Shown in pieces: positions 1 to 12,000 of a DNA stretch of 64,000 bases (within the stretch, counting starts at the first letter, position 1; every line of letters starts with the position of its first letter). The notes beneath the pieces are model-generated. The model saw only the letters and a list, made by a program, of their open reading frames with translations. It had not been told where the DNA came from and did no database searches. The stretch is from NCBI GenBank assembly GCA_038087875.1, contig CM075994.1:10604001-10668000 (forward strand), written 5' to 3'. This stretch comes from Malacoraja senta (taxonomy: Eukaryota). The position numbers and the translations under genes are program-made.

Positions 1-800
1 TCTGACTGCAAGGGACCTACATTTGTTTTAACTAATCTCTTTCTCTTCACATATCTATAAAAACTTTTGCAGTCAGTTTTTATGTTCCCTGCCAGTTTCC
101 TTTCATAATCTATTTTCCCTTTCCTAATTAAGCCCTTTGTCCTCCTCTGCTGGTCTCTGAATTTCTCCCAGTCCTCTGGTATGCTGCTTTTTCTGGCTAA
201 TTTGTACGCATCATCTTTTGCTTTGATACTATCCCTGATTTCCCTTGTTATCCACGGATGCACTACCTTCCCTGATTTATTCTTTTGCCAAACTGGGATG
301 AACAATTTTTGTAGTTCATCCATGCAGTCTTTAAATGCCTTCCATTGCATATCCACCGTCAACCCTTTTAGAACTAATTGCCAGTCAATCTTGGCCAATT
401 CACGTCTCATACCCTCAAAGTTACCTTTCTTTAAGTTCAGAACCGTTGTTTCTGAATTAACAATGTCACTCTCCATCCTAATGAAGAACTCAACCATATT
501 ATGGTCACTCTTGCCCAAGGGGGCATGCACAACAAGACTGCTAACTAACCCTTCCTCATTACTCAATACCCAGTCTAGAATAGCCTGCTCTCTCGTTGGT
601 TCCTCTACATGTTGGTTTAGATAACTATCCCTCATACATTCCAAGAAATCCTCTTCCTCAGCACCCCTGCCAATTTGATTCACCCAATCTATATGTAGAT
701 TGAAGTCACCCATTATAACTGTTTTGCCTTTGTTGCACACATTTCTAATTTCCTGTTTGATGCCATCCCCAACTTCACTACTACTGCTAGGTGGACTGTA
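1..800 (-). mobile_element. CR1 LINE ORF2 fragment, 5'-truncated, runs off the window start
   Basis: Bases 1-410 are almost identical to 20316-20725 of the long CR1 ORF. Confidence 0.9.
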
Positions 801-967
801 CAAAGTGTACAACTCCTCCCCCTTCTGTCGTGGGGTAGACTGACTCCCCTCACTCGCTCCCCAAATCATTGCACACCACCAGTCCTTTCCACTCGTCACT
901 TTAATTTCATGTTTCGTGTATCTTGTGTTTTTATGGCTGTCCGCAGATCAATTTCCCTCCTGGGATA

Positions 968-2744
968 AACATAGAAACCTAGAAAATAGGTGCAGGAGGA
1001 GGCCATTTGGGCCTTCGAGCCAGCACCGCCATTCATTGTGATCATGGCTGATCATCCACAGTCAGTAACCCGTGCCTGCCTTCTCCCCATATCACTTGAT
1101 TCCACTAGCCCCTACAATTCGATCTAACCCTCTTTTAAATTCATCCAGTGAATTGGCCTCCACTGCCCTCTGTGGCAGAGAATTCCACAAATTCACAACT
1201 CTCTGGGTGCAAACGTTTTTTCTCATCTCAGTTTTAAATGGCCTCCCCTTTATTCTAAGACTGTGGCCCCTGGTTCTGGACTCGCCCAACAGTGGGAACA
1301 TTTTTCCTGCATCTAGCTTGTCCAGTCCTTTTATAATTTTATCCGTTTCTATAAGGTCACCCCTCATCCTTCTAAACTCCAGTGAATACAAGCCCAGTCT
1401 TTTCAATCTTTCCTCATATGACAGTCCCGCCATCCCGGAGATTAACCTGGTGAAACTACGCTACACTGCCTCAATAGCAAGGATGTCCTTCCTCAAATTA
1501 AGAGACCAAATCTGCACACAATACTCCAGATGTGGTCTCACCAGGGCCCTGTACAACTGCAGAAGGACCTCTACTATACTCAAATCCTCTCGTTATGAAG
1601 GCTAACATGCCATTAGCTTTCTTCACTGCCTGCTGTACCTGCATGTTTACTTTCAGTGACTGGTGTACAAGGACCCCCAGGTCTCATTGCACTTCCTTTT
1701 TTCCTAATCTGACAACATTGAGATAATAATCTGCCTCCTTGTTCTTGCCGCCAAAGTGGATAACTTCACATTTATCTCATAAATAAAGTTCTATCGTTTC
1801 CATGCTGTATCTCTAACCTAAACAACCACAAAGCTGGGTGGCAGTGTGAACTGTGAAGAGGATGTTAGGAGGTTGCAGGGTGACCTGGATAGGTTGAGTG
1901 AGTGGGCAGATGCGTGGCAGATGCAGTATAATATAGATAAATGTGAGGTTATCCACTTTGGTGGCAAAAACAAGGGGGCAGATTATTATCTCAATGGGGT
2001 TAGGTTAGGTAAGGGGGAGGTACAGCGAGACCTGGGTGTCCTTGTACACCGGTCACTGAAAGTTGGCGTGCAGGTACAGCAGGCAGTGAAGAAAGCTAAT
2101 GGAATGTTGGCCTTCAAAACAAGAGGATTTCCGTATAGGAGTAAAGAGGTTCTTCTGCAGTTGTATAGGGCTCTGGTGAGACCACATCTGGAGTATTGCG
2201 TACAGTTTTGGTCTCCTAATTTGAGGAAGGGCATCCTTGTGATTGAGGCAGTGCAGCGTAGGTTCACGAGATTGATCCCTGGGATGGCGGGACTGTCATA
2301 TGAGGAAGGATTGAAAAGACTAGGCTTTTATTCACTGGAGTTTATAAGGATGAGGGGGCATCTTATAGAAACATATGAAATTATAAAAGGACTGGACAAG
2401 CTAGAGGCAGGAAAAATGTACCCAATGTTGGGCGAGTCCAGAACCAGGGGCCACAGTTTAAGAATAAAGGTTAAGCCGTTTAGAACGGAGAACCAGACTG
2501 AGGTGAGAAAAAACTTTTTTACCAGAGAGTTGTGAATTCCCTGCCACAGAGGGCAGTGGAGGCCAAGTCACTGGATGGATTTAAGAGAGTTAGATAGAGC
2601 TCTAGGGGCTAGTGGAGTCAAGGGAAATGGGGAGAAAGCAGGCACGGGTTATTGATTGGGGACGATCAGCCATGATCACAATGAATGGCGGTGCTGGCTC
2701 GAAGGGCAGAATGGCCTCCTCCTGCACCTATTTTCTATGTTTCT
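968..2744. mobile_element. Two divergently oriented CR1 3' fragments (968-1777 minus, about 1830-2744 plus)
   Basis: RT C-terminal peptides ([27 protein letters not shown]), CR1 3' UTR and (TTCTATGT)n-type tail. Confidence 0.9.
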
Positions 2745-2946
2745 AACAAGACAAAAATATGTCAGAGTCTTAGCTTGGCTGCAAAGGCCCGTTGCCGTGG
2801 CGATGGCACTGGGTCGGAGTTGCAAGGGTGCGTCGATATCCTCCTCCTACTCCGCCGCTCTGCGCCACTGCAGTTCGCGTCCGTCCTGTCCTCAGCAGCG
2901 CAGTTATTGAGAAGCATGTGCAGCTCAAGCCCTTGTCCCAATGCAG

Positions 2947-3057
2947 ATCGCAGACCTGGAGGAGGAGCTTGCGGTGAAAGGCCAGGAGCACGCGGTGTTG
3001 GTCCACAGCTTCCAAGACAGAACGGCAGAGATGGACCTGGAGCGAGTGAAAAACCAG
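2947..3057 (+). CDS. CCHCR1: CCHCR1 exon ([37 protein letters not shown])
   Basis: tgcag| acceptor, |gtgag donor, 111 nt, phase 0/0. Confidence 0.88.
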
Positions 3058-6000
3058 GTGAGCAGTCGTCGCAGGAGGAGCGAGAGTGTGAACACATGCA
3101 CGGGGGCGGCATAATGGTGGCCGCAGTAGAGCTGCTGCCTCACAGCGTCAGGGACCCAGACTACAGGTGCTGTCTGTGTAAGAGTCTGCAATAGACAATA
3201 GGTGCAGGAGTAGGCCATTTGGCCCTTCGAGCCAGAACCGCCATTCAATGTGATCATGGCTGATCATCCCCAATCAGTACCCCGTTCCTGCCTTCTCCCC
3301 ATATCCCCTGACTCCGCTATCTTTAAGAGCCCTATCTAGCTCTCTCTTGAAAACATCCAGAGAACCGGCCTCCACCGCCCTCTGAGGCAGAGAATTCCGC
3401 AGACTCACAACTCTCTGTGTGTAACGGTGTTTTCTCGTCTCCGTTCTAAATGGCTTACCCCTTATTCTTAAACAGTGTGGCCCCTGGTTCTGGACTCCGC
3501 CAGCATCGGGAACATTGTGACCCTGTGACCGCGTGGGTTTTCTCCGGGTGCTCAGGTTTCCTCCCACACTCCATAGACGTACAGGCTTGTCGGTTAATTG
3601 GCTTGGTATGAATGTAAAAACTAGTCCCAAAGTAAACATGCATGTCCAGCAGACAGTGAAGAAAGCTAATGGCATGTTGGCCTTCATAACGAGAGGATTT
3701 GAGTTTAGGAGCAAAGAGGTCCTTCTGCAGTTGTACAGGGCCCTCGTGAGACCACACCTGGAGTATTGTGTGCAGTTTTGGTCTCCTAATTTGAGGAACG
3801 ACATTCTTGCTATTGAGGGTGTGCTGCGTAGGTTCACCAGGTTAATTCCCGGGATGGCAGGACTGTCATATGCTGAGAGAATGGAGCGGCTGGGCTTATT
3901 TACTCTGGAATTTGTAAGAATGAGAGGGGATGTTATTGAAACATATAAGATTATTAAGGGTTTGGACATGCTAGAGGCAGGAAACATGTTCCCGATGGTA
4001 GGGGAGTCCAGAACCAGGGGCCATAGTTTAAGAATAAGTGGTAAGCCATTTAGAACGGAGATGAGGAAAAACTTTTTCACACAGAGAGTTGTGAGTCTGT
4101 GGAATTCTATGCATCAGAGGGCGATGGAGGCCAGTTCTCTGGATGCTTTCAAGAGAGAGTTAGATAGGGCTCTTAAAGATAGCGGAGTTATCCGGGATAT
4201 GGAGAGAAGGCAGGAACTGGGTACTGATTGTGGATGATCAGCCATGATCACATTGAATGGCGGTGCTGGCTCGAAGGGCCGAATGGCCTCCTCCTGCACC
4301 TATCGTCTAATGTCTTGTATTGCATGTACAGGATAGATAGACACAAAATGCTGGAGTAACTCAGCGGGTCGGGCAGCATCTCTGGAGACAAGGAACAGGT
4401 GACGTTTCGGGTCGAGACCCTTCTTCAGACTGCTTTCGTGGGGTCTGGGACTAGGAAGAGGGCGGGCAGCAGTGAGGGGATGTTGCACAACTCCCGACAG
4501 AGAGAGGAGGAGAACGTCTTCAAAGTCGGCGTACCTTGAGGAGAATTCACGGTGGAACAGGCAAAATATGGAGCAGATTCGTGTTTGGACCGAAGATGGA
4601 CACAAAATGCTGGAGTAACTCAGCGGGTCAGGCAGCATCTCTGGAGAAAAGGAATAGGTGACGTTTCGGGTCGAGACCCTGTCCAGGGAGCCCAGTTCTC
4701 TTAACTCTGCAAGTGGTCTCACTACATTTTAAATAATTCCTCTTTCCTTTTTAATCTTTTTCTTTCTCTTGTTACTCCTCACCGCCCTGCTCTCACATGG
4801 CTCTGTTTGTCCTTGCAGTCTCTCGGGGACGACCTGGCTTGTGCTCAGAAGACCGTGGTTCGGATTCAGGAGAGAGCGGACCAAGCGGACAGTGCTCTGC
4901 GCCAACTGCAGGAGCTAACGTGCAGGTAGGTGGGGGTGATGGGCGACAACGGTGGCGCAAGGGCAGAGTCGCTGCCTCGCAGCGCCAGAGACCCGGGTTC
5001 CATCTTGACCACAGCTGCCGTTTGTACGGAGTTTGTACCTTCTCCCTGTGACCCCGTGGGTTTGCTCCAGGTGCTCCGGTTTCCTCCCACACTCCCAAGA
5101 CGCACAGGTTTGTAGGTTAATTGGCTTGGTATAAATGTTTAAAAAAATTGTCCCCAGTGTGTGCAGGATAGTGTTAATGTGCGGGGATCGCTGGTCGGTG
5201 CTGACTCAGAGGGCCGAAGAAATTGTCGGGAAAAATAATTAGTTGCAAACTAAACCAAAAGATTTTTTTTTACTTTGCCCCCATTCCAAAGACATGCCAA
5301 TTTGTAGGTTGTTTGGCTTCTGTAAATTGTCCCTCATGAGTAGGATAGAATTCATCATCGGAGGTCACTCGAAACGAGTGTGACTGTCCTCTCATGGAGG
5401 ACGCCCCGTGCGTGACTTTGTTTAACGTGGGGAGACTGGTGCCCAGACAGCCACCCCACGGTCCTTGACAGATCTGGGTCAGGATCCAGTGGCATGGAGT
5501 CCAAGACGACCGGAGACCCTTTTCTGCTGCAGCCTTCATCCGCCTTCCCAGCCATTGTGACGCTCCACTGAGGTCAGCCATCGTCCTGCGCCTGTTCCAC
5601 CGTTGAGGTCTTGGTTGGATTGCTCTTTGTCAGAGACCTCCCCCTCGACCTTGCCGTCATGGGTGGCCCTACCAGCAGCATAGCTCCAGGCGGCATCGCT
5701 CTCAGGATCTCAGGTCCACACAAGCTTCTCCACCACGACAAGGTGGCAATCCATGGAGAAGAGGATAGAGCTAGTGACAATAGACAATAGGTGCAGGAAG
5801 AGGCCATTCGGCCCTTCAAGCCAGTACCCGCCATTCATTGTGATCATGGCTGATCGTCCCCAATCAATAACCCGTGCCTGCCTTCTCCCCATATCCCTTG
5901 ATTCCACTAGCCCCTAGAGCTCTATCTAACTCTCTCTTAAATCCATCCAGTGATTTGGCCTCCACTGCCCTCTGTGGCAGGGAATTCCACAAATTCACAA

Positions 6001-9000
6001 CTCTCTGGGTGAAAACTTTTTTCTCACCTCAGTCTTAAATGGCCTCCCCTTTATTCTAAGACCATGGCCCCCTGGTTCTGGAATAAAGCGGAGGCCATTT
6101 AAGACTGATGTGAGAAAAAAACGTTTTCACCCAGAGTTGTGAATTTATGGCATTCCCTGCCAAATCACTGGATGGATTTAAGAGAGAGTTAGATAGAGAC
6201 CCTCCCCCTCGACCTTACCGCCATGGGTGGCCCTACCAGGAGCATCGCTCCAGACGCATCGCTCTCAGGATCTCATGTCCACACAAGCTTCTCCACCACG
6301 ACAAGGTGGCAATCCATGGAGAAGAGGATAGAGTTAGTGCACGGGTGATCGATGGTCAGCATGGACTCAGTGGGCTGAAGGGCCTTTTTCCACACTCTGT
6401 CCGTATATCACTGCACAGCACAACTCATTGCTAACTTCACTTCCCAAATATTACCTCCAAGCAGAGGTCACCTGAACACACCTTACACAGGAGATAGATA
6501 CAAAAAGGTAGACACAAAATGCTGGAGTAACTCAGCGGGTGAGGCAGCATCTCTGGGGGGAAGGAATGGGCGACGTTTCGGGTCGAGTCTGAAGAAGGGT
6601 CTCATTTCTACATTTTCCTTCAGTTGTATCCCCTTTGATATCTTTTCTTCACACCTTACACCTCCTTATCTCTGTGTCTCCCTCTCCCCAACTCTCAGTC
6701 TGAAGAAGGGTCTCGAACCGAAACATCACCTCTGCCTCAGAGGGCGGTGGAGGCCGGTTCTCTGGATACTTTCAAGAGAGAGCTAGATCGGGCTCATAAA
6801 GATAGCGGAGTCAGGGGATATGGGGAGAAGGCAGGAACGGGGTACTGATTGGGGATGATCAGCCGTGATCACATTGAATGGCGGTGCTGGCTCGAAGGGC
6901 CGAATGGTCCGTCTCTGCACCTATTGTCTATTGTCATTTTGTGTCTCCTCTTCGGTGTAAACCAGCATCTGCAGTTCCACCGCACACGTTCTTGCACAGT
7001 CCTCATTGTCCCAGATCGGCACATCCATCCTCAGGAACGGCCATCTTCCCAACGGCCATCAGGCTATTGGACCCTGCGAGCTCCAACTAAACTCCAAACC
7101 ACAAACTGCAGAAAGGGGGAACTGTAGATGCTGGCTTGCACAAAAAAAGGGACACACAAAGTGCCGAGTAACTCGGCAGGTCAGGCGGCCTCATTGACCC
7201 AAGTCTTTGTTTCCCACTTCTGCGACCCTTTAGTTTCTACCAGAAGTTCTTGGCCCAGGAGGCAGAGCTGAGGAAGGCCTTGTGTCAGCTGGTGAACCTG
7301 AGTCAGAGGGTGACCTTCGCCAACAAGCGGATTGATACCATTCACGGTGGGTAGCCTTTCGACGGCCGCTTCGGGAAGTCAACTGCCTTGGGAAGGGAAG
7401 GAAGAAAGGAGGACCCGGAGAGGGGGGGGGGGGGGGGGGGGTGGGGGATGGGATCGCCGTGTGGGAGGGGGAAGATAATGGGGACCCAGGCGTGACGGAG
7501 GGGGGAGAACAATGGAAGACCTATTGCGGCCTGGCGCTCACGGTGGCGCAGCGGTAGAGTTGCTGCCTCACAGCGAATGCAGCGCCGGAGACCTGGGTTC
7601 GATCCCGACTACGGGTGCTGTCTGTACGGAGTTTGTACGTTCTCCCCGTGACCTGCGCGGGTTTTCTCCGAGATCTTCGGGCTTCCTCTCACACTCCAAA
7701 GACGTGCGGTGTGTAGGTGAATTGGCTTGGTAAATGTAAACATTGTCCCTAGTGGGCGTAGGATAGTGTTAATGTGCGGGGATCGCTGGTCGGCTGTTGG
7801 TGGAGTCCCAGAACCAGGGGCCACAGTTTAAGAATAAGGATTAAGCCATTCAGAACGTAGATGAAGAAACACTTTTTCACAGAGAGAGTTGTGAGTCTGT
7901 GGAATTCTCTGCCTCAGAGGGCGGTGGAGGCCGGTTCTCTGGATACTTTCAAGAGAAAGCTAGATAGGGCTCTTGAAGATAGCTGAGTCAGGGGAATATG
8001 AGGAGATGGCAGGAACAGGGTACTGATTGTGGGATGATCAGCCCATCTGTGGAATTCTCTGCCACAGAAAGTAGTTGAGGCCAGTTCGTTGGCTATATTG
8101 AAGAGGGAGTTAGATGTGGCCCTTGTGGCTAAAGGGATCAGGGGGTATGGAGAGAAGGCAGGTACAGGATACTGAGTTGGATGATCAGCCGTGATCATAT
8201 TGAATGGCGGTGCAGGCTCGAAGGGCCGAATGGCACCTATTTTCTATGTTTCTATGATCACAGTGAATGGCGGTACTGGCTTGATGGGCCGAATGGCCAA
8301 CTCCTGCACCTTTTGTCTATTGACAACCAGGTCCTGAACTATTATCTACTTCATCGGTGACCCTCGGGACTATTCTCGATCTGACATTACCGGCTTTATC
8401 TTGCACGAAACGTTATTCGCTATCAGGTATCTGTGCACAGTAAATGGCTGGATTGTAATCATGTGTTGTCTTTCCGCTGACTGGATAGCACACGACAAAA
8501 GCTTCTCACTGTGACTCGGTACACGTGACAGTAAGCTAAACTGAAGTGAAAGTGAGCTATGCCCTTGAGTTGTAGACTCCCCTGCCCTGGGTTAGTGACA
8601 GTGATTGGGTAAACAGGTGAAAGTGTCGCCCGTGTCAGGAGGAGTTGGCATTGCATCGCGGGCACCATTGTCATGGCTTCTGTCTTGCTCTCACTAGGGT
8701 TATGGGCTCGGAAGGAGGCCCTCGTCCGTCTTAATCTGCAGGAGAGAAGCAGAGAGCCGGGGCCGACATCGGCAGGTTGGTACCATGCCTGGGCGACTGT
8801 GCCCCTTCCGCTTAACCCGCCCCATCTTGCCAACCAAGATGTTTAAGAAAGAACTGCAGATGCTGGAGAAAATCGAAGGTAGACAAAAATGCTGGAGAAA
8901 CTCAGCGGGTGAGGCAGCATCTGTGGAGCCAAGGAATAGGTGACGTTTCGGGTCGAGACCCTTCTTCAGACCGATGTGGGGGTGGGGGGGGAGCAGAAAG

Positions 9001-12000
9001 GAAGAGGTGGAGACAGTGGGCTGTGAGAGAGCTGGAGAAGGAGGGAGAAAGCAGGGACTACCTGAAATTGGAGAAGTCAATGTTCATACCGCTGGGGTGT
9101 AAACTGCCCAAGCGAAATATGAGGCGCTGTTCCTCCAATTTGCGGTGGGACTCACTCTGGCCATGGAGGAGGCCCAGGACAGAAAGGTCGGATTCGGAAT
9201 GGGAGGGGTAGTTGAAGTGCTGGGCCACTGGGAGATCAGGTTGGTTATTGCGAACTATGCGGAGGTGTTGGCGAAGCGATCGCCAAGCTGCGCTTGGTCT
9301 CACCGATGTAGAGCAGCTGACACCTAGAGCAGCGGATGCAATAGATGAGGTTGGAGGAGGTGCAGGTGAACCTCTGCCGCACCTGGATCCTTGGGTCCTT
9401 GGATGGAGTCGAGGGGGGGAGGTAAAGCGACAAGTGTAGCATTTCCTGCGGTTGCAAGGGAAAGTATCAGGGAGGGGGTGGTTTGGGTGGGAAGGGACAA
9501 ATTGACCAGGGAGTTACGGAGGCCAACCAAGATGCTCTGTTTGAGCTAGTGTCATTATAGAAATATAGAAACATAGAAAATAGGTGCAGGGGGAGCCATT
9601 CGGCCCTTCGAGCCAGCACCGCCATTCATTGTGATAATGGCTGATCGTCCCCTATCAATAACCCATGCCTGCCTTCTCCCCATATCCCTTGATTCCACCA
9701 GCCCCCTAGAGCTCTATCTAACTCTCTCTTAAATCCATCCAGTGATTTGGCCTCCACTGCCCTCTGTGGCAGGGAATGCCATAAATTCACAACTCTCTGG
9801 GTGAAAAAGTTTTCTCATCTCAGTCTTAAATGACCTCCCCTTTATTCTGAGACTGTGGACCCTGGTTCTGGACTCGCCCAACATTGGGAACATTTTTCCT
9901 GCATCCAGCTTGTCCAGTCCTTTTATAATTTTATATGTTTCTATAAGATTCCCCCCTCATCCTTCTAAACTCCAGTGAATAGAAGCCTAGTCATTTCAAT
10001 CTTTCCTCATATGACAGTCCCGCCATCACAGGATCAATCTGGTGAACCTACGCTGCACTGCCTCAATCACAAGGATGTCCTTCCTCAAATTAGGAGACCA
10101 AAACTGGACACAATACACTCCAGATGTGGTCTCACCAGAGCCCGTTTGCCCGCCCAAATGCCTGCACGGGCGGCACGGAGGCGCAGAGACGGTGGAGTCG
10201 CTGCCTTGCGGCGCCAGAGACACGGGTTCCCTCCCAGCTTCCACGCTCGGAGCCACGGTTGAATCGGGGTCTCGGGGAACTGTGAGGGAGCAGCACAACT
10301 GTGCCTCCCATCGCCCCTCCATTCCCTAAGGACCGCGAGGACGTCACTGTGGCGCAGCGGAAGAGTTGCTGCCGTACAGCGCTTGCAGCGCCAGAGACCC
10401 GCCTTCCATCCCAACTACGGGTGCTGTCTGTATGGAGTTTGTGCATTCTCCCCGTGACATAGACACATAGTGAGGACCACATGTATATATGTATGTAGTT
10501 TGTTTTGTTTGTGCTATTCTTATAACAAATGTAAAGCACTTTGGCCAACGAGAGTTGTTTTTAAAATGTGCTATATAAATAAATGTGACTTGACTTGACA
10601 TAGACAACAGGTGCAGGCTTAGGCCATACGGCCCTTCGAGCCAGCACCGCCATTCAATGTGATCATGGCTGATCATACACAATCAGTACTCCATTCCTGC
10701 CCTCTCCCCATATCCCTTGATTCCGCTCACCCTAAGAGCTCCATCTAACTCTCTTTAAAATGCATCAGTGAATTGGCCTCCACTGCCTTCTGAGGCAGAG
10801 AATTCCACAAATTCACAACTCACTGAGTTTAAAAAAAATGTCCATCACAGTTCTAATGGCTTGTTTAGCCTAAATAATGGAACATTTATTTCATTGGAAA
10901 CAGGCCCTTCCAGACAATAGACAATAAGTGCATTGAGCCAGCTCCGCCATTCAATGTGATCATGGCTGATCATCCACAATCAGTACCCCGTCCCTGCCTT
11001 CTCCCCATATCCCCTGAATCTGCTATGTTTAAGAACCCGATCCAGCGCTCTCCTGAAAGTATCCAGAGAACCGGCCTCTGAGGTAGAGAATTCCATAGAC
11101 TCACAACTCTCTGAGTGAAAAAGTTTCTCCTCATCTCTGTTCTAAATGGCTTACCCCTTACACTTAATCTGTGGCCCCTGGTTCTGGACTCCCCCAACAT
11201 CGGGAACATGTTTCCTGCCTCTAGCGTGTCCGATCCCTTAATAATTTATATGTTTCTATAAGATACCCTCTCATCCTTCTAAACTCCAGAGTGTACAAGC
11301 CCAGTAGCTCCATTCATTCATCATATGACAGTCCCGCCATCCCGGGAATTAACCTGGTGAACCTACGCTGCACTCCCTCAATAGCAATTGCGAGACAGAC
11401 GGATGGAAGAGTTGCGAATTGTGAAGCCAGAGGAAGGAATGTAGGTGGAGCCGTGTGGGTTTTCAACGAGATCTTCGGTTTCCTCCCACCCCCCCAAAGA
11501 CGTACAGGTTTGTAGGTTAATTGGCTTGCTAGAGGTGTAAATTGTCCCTAGTGTGTGTAGGATAGCGTGAGTGTGCGGGGGGTCGTTGGTCGGCGCGGAT
11601 GGTGGAACGAAGGTGTTTCCGCGCTGCATCTCTAAACTAAACTAATGACTAAAGGGTGATTGCCGGCGGAGGTTGACGTACAGCTTGGTGGAAGGCCATA
11701 AGCACCCGCCTTCACTAGCTCTCCCACTCCCCCTCCCACAGGCGCACCAACGAGGAACTGGAGAAGGAGCTGGAGCTGCTGAACGGGGAGCGGGACCAGC
11801 TGGCAGCTGAGCTGAAGCGCAACTCGCAGCTCATCGAGAAGAAGGTCTCCGAGGCGCGGCTGAAATGTGAGTCCATCGCGACGGTTGCCCTGCTGAAGGC
11901 AGCCTCTTCCTCCACCGGGCACCTGGGTACGCAGAGGCCGGTTCTCTGGATGCTTTCAATAGAGAGCTAGATAGGGCTCTTAAAGATAGCGGAGTTAAGG

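Noticed and set aside
181..624. Plus-strand ORFs such as [12 protein letters not shown] and the recurring MNLRCT...[14 protein letters not shown]
   Set aside because: Antisense frames of CR1 ORF2
7540..7612. tRNA-like sequence with A and B boxes
   Set aside because: Runs directly into the V-SINE body; it is a SINE head, not a tRNA gene
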